A stretch of 64,000 nucleotides of DNA from Candidatus Cloacimonadales bacterium (GTDB lineage Bacteria > Cloacimonadota > Cloacimonadia > Cloacimonadales > JAFGVF01), in the NCBI GenBank assembly GCA_963662585.1, contig OY759729.1:32001-96000 (forward strand), written 5' to 3'. The notes under the pieces are model-generated. The model ran no database searches and was not told where the DNA came from. It was given only the letters and a program-made list of their open reading frames with translations. Made by a program: the position numbers and the translations under genes. Positions 1 to 10,341 of this stretch are shown piece by piece. Position 1 is the stretch's first letter; each line of letters starts with the position of its first letter.

Positions 1-2
1 GC

Positions 3-1004
3 TCAGGTCCAAGGATTATAGCCATTGATGCACATATTGATACTGTCTATGAAGGAAATCTGGCAAATTGGAATAAAGAACCATATAGTGGAGAAATTGA
101 TGATACTTATGTTTATGGCCGAGGTACTTCTGACCAAAAAAGTGGATTAGCTTCAATGGTCTATGCTGGTTGGCTGATGAAGGAATATGATCTCTTAAAT
201 GATTTTACGGTTCTTATTACAGGTACTGTAATGGAGGAAGATTGTGATGGAATAGCTTGGGAACATCTGATTTTAGAAGATGGTGTAAAGCCTGAATTAG
301 TAATTAGTACAGAACCTACAAGTTGTAATATCTATCGTGGTCATCGTGGTAGAATGGAGATCTCTATTGAGGTTAAAGGTATCTCTTGTCATGGCTCAGC
401 CCCTGAAAGAGGAGATAATGCTATTTACAAGATGTCTCGTATTGCTTTAGAAATTGAAAAACTCAATGATAGATTGAAGCATGATGATTTCTTGGGTAAA
501 GGTACAATCACTGTTTCTGTAATGAAATCAGACTCTCCTTCTCAATGTGCAGTTTCTGATTATGTCTATCTTCAATGTGATAGAAGATTAACAGATGGAG
601 AAACAAAAGAAATTGCTGTTAAGGAGTTAAAAGAATGTTGCCGTTTAGCAGGTTATCCTGAAGCAGAAGTGAAAGTATTGGAATACAAAGAGAAAGCATA
701 TACTGGTAAGATTTATCCAGTAGAGAAATACTATCCTACTTGGGTATTAAATGAAGATTCTAAGTATTTAAAAGTTGCCAAGAAAGGATTTTCTTCTATA
801 TTTAATAAAGAGCCACTTATTGATAAGTGGACATTTAGTACTAACTGTGTGTTCATTATGGGTAAACATCCTGAAATCAAATGTTTAGGATTCGGACCTG
901 GTGATGAAGATCAAGCACATGCACCTAACGAAAAGGTGAAGAGAGAAGATTTATGGAAGGCAACAGCTTTCTATACATCATTCATTAAAACGCTTAAGGA
1001 GTAA
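3..1004 (+). CDS. ygeY: YgeY-family M20 metallohydrolase (5'-truncated by window edge)
   Basis: Frame is open from base 3: SGPRIIAIDAHIDTV...GRGTSDQKSG, then EEDCDG, TEPT, GHRGRMEI, SCHGSAPERG, WTFSTN, AHAPNE. These are YgeY/M20 motifs; ygeW and hyuA homologues are nearby. Confidence 0.9.
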   Translation, partial: SGPRIIAIDAHIDTVYEGNLANWNKEPYSGEIDDTYVYGRGTSDQKSGLASMVYAGWLMKEYDLLNDFTVLITGTVMEEDCDGIAWEHLILEDGVKPELVISTEPTSCNIYRGHRGRMEISIEVKGISCHGSAPERGDNAIYKMSRIALEIEKLNDRLKHDDFLGKGTITVSVMKSDSPSQCAVSDYVYLQCDRRLTDGETKEIAVKELKECCRLAGYPEAEVKVLEYKEKAYTGKIYPVEKYYPTWVLNEDSKYLKVAKKGFSSIFNKEPLIDKWTFSTNCVFIMGKHPEIKCLGFGPGDEDQAHAPNEKVKREDLWKATAFYTSFIKTLKE

Positions 1005-1009
1005 AAATT

Positions 1010-1867
1010 ATGAAGAAAATACTGATTATTGTTATTATCGGAGTACTATTTAGTACATTAGTAGCTCAGGAGAAATGGGAATACTCATTTGATGTTAAAG
1101 GAACACTAAGTCAAAGTTATTATACTGATAACTGGGATGGGGAAGAGGAATCTAATATCAATTGGTTATTACAAGGGAATATGACTGCTAATAAACAATT
1201 GCTAGATTGGTTTAGATCAATGAATACTTTAAAATTAAAGTTTGGACAAATCTATGATACTGACACAAATGCCGATGGCTCACAAGCTCCTGGATGGCAA
1301 GAAGCAAGAAAGTCTGATGATGAAATTGATCTCTTGTCTTTGGGACTTCTAACTTTTGATGGTTGGGTAGATCCTTATGTATCATTAAGACTGCAAACTG
1401 TTTTTGAAGGAACTAATAAAAGAGCTTTTGACCCTGCTCGTTTCTCTCAAGGTATTGGTGCTTCAAAAATAATATTTGAAGAACAAAGACTTGGATTAAA
1501 CACTCGTGCTGGTCTTAGCATGAGAGAAAATTATCAATATGGTATTGCCCCACTTATTGATGGTGGTTTTGAATCTATCACAGAATTTATGTGGGTTTGC
1601 CCTTATGACAGATCAAAATTCACTTCTAACCTCTTTCTTTTCCAAGCAATATTTAACTCTGAGGAAGATAACTTAGTTGATGTTAATGGTGATAAAATTG
1701 ATGATTGGAAACAGTTAGATATTGAATGGACTAATGAATTAAGTATTCAATTATACAAGTATCTATCATTCAATGTTTATACTCAACTTCTCTACGATAA
1801 AGAGATTGATTACTCTGGAAGATTTAAACAAACCTCTGGATTGTCATTAACCTATAAATTATTCTAA
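1010..1867 (+). CDS. Secreted outer-membrane beta-barrel-like protein (DUF3078-like)
   Basis: Signal peptide, SQSYYTDNWDG motif, alternating amphipathic strands, C-terminal ...LSLTYKLF. Confidence 0.65.
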   Translation: MKKILIIVIIGVLFSTLVAQEKWEYSFDVKGTLSQSYYTDNWDGEEESNINWLLQGNMTANKQLLDWFRSMNTLKLKFGQIYDTDTNADGSQAPGWQEARKSDDEIDLLSLGLLTFDGWVDPYVSLRLQTVFEGTNKRAFDPARFSQGIGASKIIFEEQRLGLNTRAGLSMRENYQYGIAPLIDGGFESITEFMWVCPYDRSKFTSNLFLFQAIFNSEEDNLVDVNGDKIDDWKQLDIEWTNELSIQLYKYLSFNVYTQLLYDKEIDYSGRFKQTSGLSLTYKLF

Positions 1868-1872
1868 TTTAA

Positions 1873-1900
1873 TTGACAGGTAATTAAATTAAATTATATT
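1873..1900 (+). promoter_or_regulatory. Candidate sigma70 promoter
   Basis: TTGACA (1873-1878), 16-bp spacer, TATATT (1895-1900) upstream of the 1970 ORF. Confidence 0.45.
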
Positions 1901-1901
1901 T

Positions 1902-1929
1902 GATTGAGGACTTAATTAAGTCCTCAATC
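1902..1929. repeat. Perfect 28-bp palindrome (terminator and/or operator)
   Basis: GATTGAGGACTTAA|TTAAGTCCTCAATC, followed by TTCTTT. Confidence 0.75.
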
Positions 1930-1969
1930 TTCTTTAAAATAGAAAATAAAACTTAGCAATGAAGGTGAT

Positions 1970-3118
1970 ATGAGATATACTTGTACTAATTGTGGTAAAG
2001 ATTTTAGTATTGATGAAATTAACTATTTATGCGATGTTTGTGGTAAAGATTGGATACCAGGAAATAAATTGACTGGTATTCTCCAAATAGAATATAATAA
2101 TAATGATAGAATAACTATTCATAAAGACCTAGATATAAAGAACTTTTTCCCTTTTGAACGACAAGACTTACCAAACATTCCTGTAGGCAATACTCCTTTC
2201 TATTATGCTGAAAAATTAAGTACAAATAACAATTTAAATCTTTGGATAAAAAACGATACAGTAAATCCCACTGGTTCTTTTAAAGATAGAGCCTCTTACT
2301 GGGTAGTAGCCCAGGCTAAACATCATAATGTCGATAGTATTGTTTGTGCTTCTACCGGTAACGCAGGAAGTTCCCTTGCAGGAATCTGTGCAGCAACTGA
2401 TATTAAAGCTAAGATATTTATTCCTGCTAAAGCTCCCCTAGGAAAGAGAGCACAAAATATTGCTTATGGTGCAGACTTAGAGCTTGTTAATGGCACTTAC
2501 GACGACGCTTATGAACTATCCATTGATTATTCCCAGAAGCATGGTATTATAAATCGTAATACAGGCTATAATCCCATTACAATTGAAGGGAAAAAAAGTG
2601 TTGCTGTAGAAATTTATCAACAAAACAACTTCAAAGTACCAGATTATATTGTTATCCCTGTCGGCGATGGAGTTATACTTTCTGGAGTCTTTAAAGGTTT
2701 TCAAGACTTAAGAAATTTAGGTTTCACTACTACCCTTCCTAAGCTCATTGGAGTTCAAAGTAGCAAATCTAATGCGATTTATACTTATTGGAAGTCTGGA
2801 GAATATAGAGTATTAAGCAAAGCTGATACTATTGCTGACTCTATCTCTGTAAAAAATCCTGCTTGTGCAGATCTTGCTGTGAAGGCAATTAAGGAGAGTA
2901 AGGGATTTATGTTAGAAGTTGATGACTCCAAGATTGTTAGTTATCAATTAGAAATAGCTAGGAATAGTGGCATCTTTTGCGAACCTTCATCAGCAGTTGT
3001 AGCTGAAATATTATATAATAAAAATCTTTTTGAAAATGATAAACAAGTAGTACTGCTCCTTACAGGGCATGGACTTAAAGACATTAATTCAATTTTGAAT
3101 TACAAGGGAGAGAAATGA
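1970..3118 (+). CDS. Threonine synthase-like PLP enzyme (fold type II) with N-terminal Zn ribbon
   Basis: CxxC...CxxC, NPTGSFKDR (PLP lysine), ASTGNAG, PVGDG, EPSSA, LTGHGLKD. Confidence 0.85.
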   Translation: MRYTCTNCGKDFSIDEINYLCDVCGKDWIPGNKLTGILQIEYNNNDRITIHKDLDIKNFFPFERQDLPNIPVGNTPFYYAEKLSTNNNLNLWIKNDTVNPTGSFKDRASYWVVAQAKHHNVDSIVCASTGNAGSSLAGICAATDIKAKIFIPAKAPLGKRAQNIAYGADLELVNGTYDDAYELSIDYSQKHGIINRNTGYNPITIEGKKSVAVEIYQQNNFKVPDYIVIPVGDGVILSGVFKGFQDLRNLGFTTTLPKLIGVQSSKSNAIYTYWKSGEYRVLSKADTIADSISVKNPACADLAVKAIKESKGFMLEVDDSKIVSYQLEIARNSGIFCEPSSAVVAEILYNKNLFENDKQVVLLLTGHGLKDINSILNYKGEK

Positions 3119-4440
3119 AATTATTAAAAAACTGTAGTCTAATCATTGATGATAATATCGTAAATCAAGATATCTTATTAGATGCAGATACGATAGTGAA
3201 AATTTCGGATAATATACAAAAAGAAAACAACTGGGAAGTTGTTGATATAGATTTTAAATTTGTTCTTCCTGGATTTATAGACTTTCATGTTCATCTTGAT
3301 GATGACATAAACGGATTTCCAATTGCGGATACTTATGATTCAGGTACTCGGGTGGCATTAAAGAATGGAATTACTACTTTGTTTAGTTTTATTACCCAGC
3401 GAGAAGGAGAGACTTTAAGAGATGCAGTAAATAGAACGCATAAAAAAGCCGATGGTAATCTATGGTGTGATGTCGGCTGGCATCTTACTCCAACAACTTT
3501 TGATGAGAAGAGTCATGAGATAATCTCTGAATTGATTGATGAAGGCTTTAGTTCCTTTAAACTATATACAACTTATAAAAAAGCTGGTATCTATAGTTCT
3601 TATTATCAAATTGAAGAGTTTGCTAAAAAATATGTAGATAAGCAAATATTAATATTAACTCATTGTGAAGATGATGATTTGATAAAGTCTAAAGCAATTC
3701 GATCAAATAACAAAGTTTTACTAAATCTTGTTAGAGTTCGTTCAAAAACAGTTGAATTGACAGCAGTTAATAAAATTTTAAGAATCGCCAGACAAACAGG
3801 GGCTCATTTTCACATAGTTCATGTCTCAACTTCAGAGGCAATGGAAGTAATTAATAGGCTTAAGTACCAGAGTTTCGTAAGTTGTGAAACATGTCCTCAA
3901 TACTTCTTTTTAGATAATACAAATTACTTGCAACCTAATGGTGAACAATATATCTGTGCTCCTCCACTAAGAGATAAGGAAAATAATGAAAATCTTATAC
4001 AAGGCTTCCGTTTGAATTATTTTAATATTATAGCTTCTGATCATTGTCCTTTCACCATTAATCAAAAGCTCATTGGAAGAAGATTTTATGAGAAAGCTCC
4101 AGGAGGATTGGATGGTTTAGATTTTCTCCCTTATTTAACATCTAATCTATTTGAAAGAACTTTTGATAAGGCAAAATATCTACAACAAAAACTTTCAACA
4201 GAGCCTGCTAGATTAGCAGGCTTATACCCTGAAAAAGGAGTCATTAAGGAAGGTTCAATAGCCGATCTTGTTGTGGTTGACTTTGACAAAGAGCACTATA
4301 TTGCAGGTAGAGAAGGGATTTTCAATCCATACGAAAAAGTACTTACCAGTCTAACTATTTCGAAGGTTATGAAAAGCGGAGAATTTGTAGTTAACGAAGG
4401 TGAGTTCTTAATAAATATACCAACAGGGACTAAATTATGA
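3115..4440 (+). CDS. Dihydropyrimidinase/hydantoinase-family cyclic amidohydrolase (HyuA-like)
   Basis: PGFIDFHVH, FKLY (carbamylated Lys), HCED, HIVHVS, ETCPQY, PPLR, SDHCPF; ATGA overlap with the upstream gene. Confidence 0.85.
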   Translation: MKLLKNCSLIIDDNIVNQDILLDADTIVKISDNIQKENNWEVVDIDFKFVLPGFIDFHVHLDDDINGFPIADTYDSGTRVALKNGITTLFSFITQREGETLRDAVNRTHKKADGNLWCDVGWHLTPTTFDEKSHEIISELIDEGFSSFKLYTTYKKAGIYSSYYQIEEFAKKYVDKQILILTHCEDDDLIKSKAIRSNNKVLLNLVRVRSKTVELTAVNKILRIARQTGAHFHIVHVSTSEAMEVINRLKYQSFVSCETCPQYFFLDNTNYLQPNGEQYICAPPLRDKENNENLIQGFRLNYFNIIASDHCPFTINQKLIGRRFYEKAPGGLDGLDFLPYLTSNLFERTFDKAKYLQQKLSTEPARLAGLYPEKGVIKEGSIADLVVVDFDKEHYIAGREGIFNPYEKVLTSLTISKVMKSGEFVVNEGEFLINIPTGTKL

Positions 4441-6677
4441 ACAAGTGGAGAAATGATGGTATAGCAAAGGTTACCGGTAAAGCTAAATACGCTGATGATA
4501 TCAAGTTTTATGATATGCTCCATTGTGTGCCTGTATATACAAATGAGGTTCACGCAGAGATCCTTAAAATAGATACTTCACAAGCCTTGATTAGTGAAGG
4601 GGTAGTCAGGATAATAACTGCCAAGGATATTCCTGGAGTAAAGAAGTTTGGCCAAATCAGGAAAGATTATTCTTTAATTGCTGAAGATAAAATTCGCTAT
4701 GAAGGCGATGTTATAGCTTTAGTTGTAGCTGATACTTTAGAAAATGCTCTAAAGGCTGTTCCCAAAATTAAAGCAGAATTTAAGAAACTCAAGACTCTGC
4801 TATCACCAGAAGATGCAAGTAATGATGAAATTTTAATTCATGATGTTTATGGCTCTAATCTCATAAATCACCATAAAGTAAGAAAAGGCAATGCTGAAAA
4901 GGGTTTTTCAGAATGTGATTTAATTTTTGAAGATAAATATGAGACTAATTTTGTTGAGCATGGTTATTTAGAACCTGAATCAGCAGTTTGCCAAGTCAGA
5001 GATGATGGTGTTATAGAAGTCTTTGGTTCGATGCAACATCCATTTAGTACAAGAAGATTTACTGCTGCCCTACTTGGTAAAAAACTTTCGGAAGTAGAAG
5101 TTATCACAATTCCTATGGGTGGAGGTTTTGGTGGCAAAGATGATACAGCAGCTATTGTTTGTGCTCGAACAGCTTTAGCAGCTTACTTATGTAAAAAGCC
5201 TGTAAAAATGACTTATACTCGCGAATGGTCAATGAAAGAGAGTTATAAAAGACATCCGTATAAAATGGACTACAAAGTTGGTATCAAAAATGGTAAAATT
5301 CATGCTCTCGAGTGTAATATTATTGCCGATGGAGGAGCTTATACTTCTGTTTCACCTTGGGTAACTTGGAGATCAACAGTACAATGTGGAGGACCTTATG
5401 TGATTCCAAATGTTCACACTGATGTCAAAGCATATTATACAAACAATGTTTATACAGGAGCTTTTAGAGGTTTTGGATCTCCTCAAGTTAATTTTGCCAT
5501 AGAACAAATTATTGAAGATATTGCAGAAAAACTCAAGATTGATCCAATTACTTTCAGGCAAAATAATATGCTCAGACAGAATTCTATAACTGTCTCTCAA
5601 CAGAAATTAGATAATCACATTGTCTCTTTAGATCAAGTACTTGAGAAGGTAATTAAAGAAAGCGATTATTATAATAAACTAAAAAAATGTACTTATGGCG
5701 ATAATGATAGTCCAAAGCAATATGGAATAGGTTTAGCAATGTCCTACAGAGGCTGTAGTTTAGGAGCAGAAGGCAAGGATTTTACCTCTGCAATAATAAA
5801 TGTCCAATTTGATGGTTCTATACTCTTAGAAGTATCAATTCATGAGAATGGGCAAGGTTCTGAAACAGCTATGATAAATATTCTTGCTAAAGAAATAGGT
5901 GTGCCAATTTCTAAAATACGCTATCGTCGCTCTTCAACCTCACAGATTCCTGATGGTGGTACAACAGTAGCTTCTCGTGGAACATTAATGGGTGGGGGTG
6001 CATTAATGGATGCGATAAAAAACCTTAAACTAATTATTAATAAGATTATAGCTGATGATTTAAAATGCAAAGCTGAAGAAATCATCTATCAAGACAATCA
6101 GCTTTTTGCTCCTTCAGGGGAAAGTATAACTTGGGAAAAAGCTATAGGGATTTTATATCAAAACTGTACATATCCTTATGCTTTTGGCAGTTTTGAAGCA
6201 CCTCCTGTAACTTGGGATGAAGAATGTGGAGCAGGTAAAGCCTATTTCACTTATGTCTATAGTGCTCAAGTAGCTGAAATAGAAATTGATGTTAAAAGTA
6301 AAAAATTAAAAGTAGTAAATATTTATGCAGTACATGACATTGGAAAGGCTATCAAATCAGGACTTTTATCAGGTCAAATATATGGCGGAATTGTTCAAGG
6401 TTTAGGTATGGCTCTTAAAGAGAATTTAATTATTAAAGAAGGCCATTTAATTACCGATAATTTCCACAACTATAGAATATATCGTGCCAATGAGTTACCA
6501 AGGATTCATGACTTCATTATTGAAAATCCGGATCCAAATACTCCTTCAGGTGCTAAAGGAATAGGAGAGCCTGCTTTAGAAATAATTTCGCCTGCTATAG
6601 CGAATGCAATTTATAGAGCAACTGGAAAAAGAATGAAGAAGTTACCGATGTTAGTGGAGGATATATGCAAGCAATAG
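4437..6677 (+). CDS. Xanthine dehydrogenase-family molybdopterin-binding subunit
   Basis: KVTGKAKYADD, HGYLEPE, GGGFGGK, GAFRGFGSPQ, GQGSET, ASRG, GQIYGGIVQG, KGIGEP, PAIANAI. Confidence 0.92.
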   Translation: MNKWRNDGIAKVTGKAKYADDIKFYDMLHCVPVYTNEVHAEILKIDTSQALISEGVVRIITAKDIPGVKKFGQIRKDYSLIAEDKIRYEGDVIALVVADTLENALKAVPKIKAEFKKLKTLLSPEDASNDEILIHDVYGSNLINHHKVRKGNAEKGFSECDLIFEDKYETNFVEHGYLEPESAVCQVRDDGVIEVFGSMQHPFSTRRFTAALLGKKLSEVEVITIPMGGGFGGKDDTAAIVCARTALAAYLCKKPVKMTYTREWSMKESYKRHPYKMDYKVGIKNGKIHALECNIIADGGAYTSVSPWVTWRSTVQCGGPYVIPNVHTDVKAYYTNNVYTGAFRGFGSPQVNFAIEQIIEDIAEKLKIDPITFRQNNMLRQNSITVSQQKLDNHIVSLDQVLEKVIKESDYYNKLKKCTYGDNDSPKQYGIGLAMSYRGCSLGAEGKDFTSAIINVQFDGSILLEVSIHENGQGSETAMINILAKEIGVPISKIRYRRSSTSQIPDGGTTVASRGTLMGGGALMDAIKNLKLIINKIIADDLKCKAEEIIYQDNQLFAPSGESITWEKAIGILYQNCTYPYAFGSFEAPPVTWDEECGAGKAYFTYVYSAQVAEIEIDVKSKKLKVVNIYAVHDIGKAIKSGLLSGQIYGGIVQGLGMALKENLIIKEGHLITDNFHNYRIYRANELPRIHDFIIENPDPNTPSGAKGIGEPALEIISPAIANAIYRATGKRMKKLPMLVEDICKQ

Positions 6678-7123
6678 TTAATGGAAATAAAATTGAATTG
6701 AAAGAAAAAGATTTAGATAAACAGCTTCTTGAATTTATTAGAGAAGATTTAAACCTCACTGGCACCAAAAATGGGTGTAATATTGGTGTATGTGGTGCTT
6801 GTACTGTCTTGATCAACAATGAAGTGCAAAGATCATGTAAGTTAAAAGTCAAAGACATAATTGATAAAGAGTTATTAACAATAGAAGGTATGACACAAAA
6901 TGAAGAGTTACATCCCTTGCAAAAATCATTTTTGGATCACGATGCCGTGCAATGTGGTTTTTGTACCCCAGGTATGGTGTTAAGTGGTCATGCCTTATTA
7001 CTTAAAAATTCTAATCCAACTGAAGCTGAAGTAAGAGATGCCATTAAAATTAATCTTTGTAGATGCACAGGTTATCAACAGATTGTAGATTCTATACTTG
7101 CAGCTAAAGAATTCTATAAATAG
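6665..7123 (+). CDS. Xanthine dehydrogenase-family (2Fe-2S) subunit
   Basis: GTKNGCNIGVCGACTV, QCGFCTPG, NLCRCTGY. Confidence 0.93.
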   Translation: MQAIVNGNKIELKEKDLDKQLLEFIREDLNLTGTKNGCNIGVCGACTVLINNEVQRSCKLKVKDIIDKELLTIEGMTQNEELHPLQKSFLDHDAVQCGFCTPGMVLSGHALLLKNSNPTEAEVRDAIKINLCRCTGYQQIVDSILAAKEFYK

Positions 7124-7131
7124 GAGTATTT

Positions 7132-8319
7132 ATGAGAGAAAATACCACACAATTGTTTGAAAAAATAATGAACTTTAATTTTGATAATTATGGAAGAAAT
7201 TTCCTCTTAACTAAAGATAAAAGTTTTAACCATATACAAGCAACAATTTTACTAGCCAATTGGTTGAAATTGATTCATCAAAATCACAAATCATTTAGAG
7301 TGTTTGATAATGGTTTGGCAATTTCAATTTTTAGAGATAATTCCACTAGAACAAGATTTAGTTATTCCTCGGCAGCTCACGCTCTTGGCTTGGGTGTTCA
7401 AGATCTTGATGAGGTTAAATCACAAATTGCTCATGGTGAAACAGTAAGAGAAACTGCCAATATGATCTCTTTTTTAGCAGAGATGATTGGTATAAGAGAT
7501 GATATGTATCTTGGTGAAGGACATACCTATATGAAAGAAGTATCTGATGCTTTAGATTTAGGCTATGAAGAAGGAGTTCTGCACCAAAGACCAGGCTTGA
7601 TTAATCTTCAATGCGATATTGACCATCCTACCCAATCTATGGCTGACCTATGCAAATTAAGAGACTATTTTGGAGGATTTGATAAGCTTAAAGGTAAAAA
7701 AGTAGCTATGACTTGGGCTTATTCACCAAGTTATGGAAAACCACTTTCTGTGCCACAAGGTATCATTACCCTTCTTCCTCGCTTAGGAATGGATGTCGTT
7801 TTAGCACATCCAGAAGGATATAATCTCCTTGATGAAGAAGTTAATTATGCAAAGCAAGCAGCTTCTGAAAATAATGGTAGCTTTACAATCACTAATTCTA
7901 TGGAAGATGCTTTTAAAGGTGCAGATATTGTTTATCCAAAATCTTGGGCACCTATGCAAGTTATGCAAGAGAGAACTGAACTTCTTATGGCCAAAGATAA
8001 GGCAGGTTTAGAGAATTTAGAACATAGATGTCTAGAAAACAACAAGAAATATATTAATTGGGAATGTGATAGAGATAAAATGAACTTAACCAAAGATAAA
8101 AAAGCTCTCTATATGCATTGTTTACCTGCTGATATAACGGATGTTAGCTGTGCACAAGGTGAAGTCTCAAAAGAAGTCTTTGAAGAATACAGAAGAGAAA
8201 CTTATCATCAAGCAAGTTTTAAACCTTTTGTGATTGCAGCAATGGGAATTCTCACCAGATTTGATTCACCAGGACAAATAATCAGTAAAATACAAAACAA
8301 TTTAAACTATCGTTTTTAG
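7132..8319 (+). CDS. ygeW: Knotted carbamoyltransferase YgeW
   Basis: FRDNSTRTRFS, QIAHGETVRET, HPTQ, SYGKPLSVPQG, YPKSW, HCLPAD. Confidence 0.92.
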   Translation: MRENTTQLFEKIMNFNFDNYGRNFLLTKDKSFNHIQATILLANWLKLIHQNHKSFRVFDNGLAISIFRDNSTRTRFSYSSAAHALGLGVQDLDEVKSQIAHGETVRETANMISFLAEMIGIRDDMYLGEGHTYMKEVSDALDLGYEEGVLHQRPGLINLQCDIDHPTQSMADLCKLRDYFGGFDKLKGKKVAMTWAYSPSYGKPLSVPQGIITLLPRLGMDVVLAHPEGYNLLDEEVNYAKQAASENNGSFTITNSMEDAFKGADIVYPKSWAPMQVMQERTELLMAKDKAGLENLEHRCLENNKKYINWECDRDKMNLTKDKKALYMHCLPADITDVSCAQGEVSKEVFEEYRRETYHQASFKPFVIAAMGILTRFDSPGQIISKIQNNLNYRF

Positions 8320-8327
8320 GAGACTAA

Positions 8328-9806
8328 ATGAAGAACTTAACACCTCAACAAAATAAAGTATTAGAAAATACTATTCAACGCTGTAAAGAGAGAAATATAA
8401 TAATACCTACTTATAAACAAATGAGAAACCCTGAACTTGTTCCTGGGAAAATTGTAGATAAACTTAAAAATGTTGGTCTATGGGACTTAAATCCACTTAA
8501 TTTGTTTAGAATAACTTGGAAAAATGAACCCACTAAATTTGGGGGTGGATTCCAAGGTGTAAATCATTTGATTATTCCTCCTGAATTAAGTGGTATAAAA
8601 AGCAATATTGTTATTCTGATAGGTAAATATTTCCCAACGGGTGCCCATAAAGTTGGAGCAACATTTGGACCTTTAGTTGAAAAACTAGTTACTGGAAGAT
8701 TCGATCCTACTACTCAAAAAGCTCTCTGGCCTTCAACTGGAAATTACTGTCGTGGTGGAGCATATAATTCAGCTTTGTTAGGATGTGAATCTATTGCTGT
8801 CTTACCTGAAGAAATGTCAGCTGAAAGATTCAGTTGGTTAAAAGAAATTGGTGCAGAAGTATTTGCAACTCCAGGATGTGAATCTAATGTGAAGGAAATT
8901 TATGATAAGGCTAAAGAATTGCTACACGAAAGAGGTGATACAATCGTTAACTTAAATCAGTTTGCGGAAATAGGGAATCCTCTTTGGCATTATGCTGTTA
9001 CTGGACCAGCTATGCAAGAGGTGTTTGAATCCATTAAAGGTGAGAATGATACTTTCTCAGGATTATTCTTAACTCAAGGTTCAGCAGGTACTTTAGGTTC
9101 TGGTGATTATCTTAAAGAACAATATCCTCATCTAAAAATTGCAGCTGGTGAAGCAACTCAATGTCCAACTTTACTTTATAATGGATATGGTGGACACAGA
9201 ATCGAAGGTATTGGTGATAAACATGTACCTTGGATTCATAATATTAAAAATATGGATATGGCTATAGCTGTAGATGATAATGATGTCATCAATGTTATGA
9301 GACTATTTAATGAAGAAGAGGGACATAAACTTCTTAAAGCCAAGGGTATTAATGAAGAACTTATTAATAAACTTAATTTACTTGGTGTCTCTTCTATTGC
9401 AAATATGTTAGGTTGTATCAAAATGGCTAAGTACTATGAGTATGATGAAAATGATTATCTCTTTACTGTTGCTACTGATTCAATGGAAATGTATCAATCT
9501 AGAATTCTTGAATATCGTAAAAAACAAGGAGAATATAACAATACTCTTGCAAATATTCATTTTGAGAAGAACATCATGGGTATTAAAACAGATGATATTA
9601 TTGAAACTACCTACTATGATAAACGAAGAATGCATAATCTAAAATACTTTACTTGGATTGAACAACAAGGAAAAACTGTTGAAGAATTAAATGCCCAGTG
9701 GTATCAAAAAGATTATTGGACTTCGCAATACTCTCAAGTTAATCAGTGGGATGAATATATCGAAGAATTTAATGCTCGTACAGGGCTAATGGATGCACTT
9801 AAGTAA
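8328..9806 (+). CDS. Fold-type II PLP-dependent enzyme (cysteine-synthase-like, uncharacterised subfamily)
   Basis: FPTGAHKVGA (PLP lysine), PSTGNY, GSAGTLG phosphate loop, HRIEGIG. Confidence 0.8.
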   Translation: MKNLTPQQNKVLENTIQRCKERNIIIPTYKQMRNPELVPGKIVDKLKNVGLWDLNPLNLFRITWKNEPTKFGGGFQGVNHLIIPPELSGIKSNIVILIGKYFPTGAHKVGATFGPLVEKLVTGRFDPTTQKALWPSTGNYCRGGAYNSALLGCESIAVLPEEMSAERFSWLKEIGAEVFATPGCESNVKEIYDKAKELLHERGDTIVNLNQFAEIGNPLWHYAVTGPAMQEVFESIKGENDTFSGLFLTQGSAGTLGSGDYLKEQYPHLKIAAGEATQCPTLLYNGYGGHRIEGIGDKHVPWIHNIKNMDMAIAVDDNDVINVMRLFNEEEGHKLLKAKGINEELINKLNLLGVSSIANMLGCIKMAKYYEYDENDYLFTVATDSMEMYQSRILEYRKKQGEYNNTLANIHFEKNIMGIKTDDIIETTYYDKRRMHNLKYFTWIEQQGKTVEELNAQWYQKDYWTSQYSQVNQWDEYIEEFNARTGLMDALK

Positions 9807-10341
9807 TCCTAAAGTATTAATTTTATCAGGCGGAAAGAGTTCCAGGTATGGTTCTCCTAAAGCCTTAATTAAATATAAAGGAGAGACATTTTTGAACACT
9901 ATTGTGTCTAAGTGCCTCTCCTTAGACTTAGAAGTATTCCTTGTTCTAAACACTGAACTTAATACTTTAGTAGATGTAAATGAGCATTGTAAGAGGATTA
10001 TTGGTGATTCTACTAAGGATATGTATGACTCAATCATAAAAGGTATAAACTATATAAAAGATTTCTCACAGCTTATTATTTGGCCTGTTGATCATCCTTT
10101 TGTTAAGGTTGAAAGTCTTCATAGATTGATAGAAAACAAAGATGCTAAAAAAGTTATTGTTCCCTCTTTTATTGGAAGACTTGGGCATCCTGTTATGTTA
10201 CCTTTTTCAAGTGTAGCTTATCTTAATCAGTGTCAGAATCTTAGAGAATTGATTGAAGTTGTAGGAAGAACTATTATTCAAGTAGACGACAAAGGCATAC
10301 TTTATAACATAAATAGTAAGGAAGATTTACCTAATGAATAA
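9793..10341 (+). CDS. mocA: Molybdenum cofactor cytidylyltransferase-like NTP transferase (MocA/YgfJ)
   Basis: LSGGKSSRYGSPKAL, PVDHP, GHPV, NINSKED; Xdh context. Confidence 0.75.
   Translation: MHLSNPKVLILSGGKSSRYGSPKALIKYKGETFLNTIVSKCLSLDLEVFLVLNTELNTLVDVNEHCKRIIGDSTKDMYDSIIKGINYIKDFSQLIIWPVDHPFVKVESLHRLIENKDAKKVIVPSFIGRLGHPVMLPFSSVAYLNQCQNLRELIEVVGRTIIQVDDKGILYNINSKEDLPNE

Noticed and set aside
1970..3118. Calling this gene thrC
   Set aside because: The family motifs fit, but it is embedded in a catabolic cluster without hom/thrB, so the biosynthetic role is unproven.
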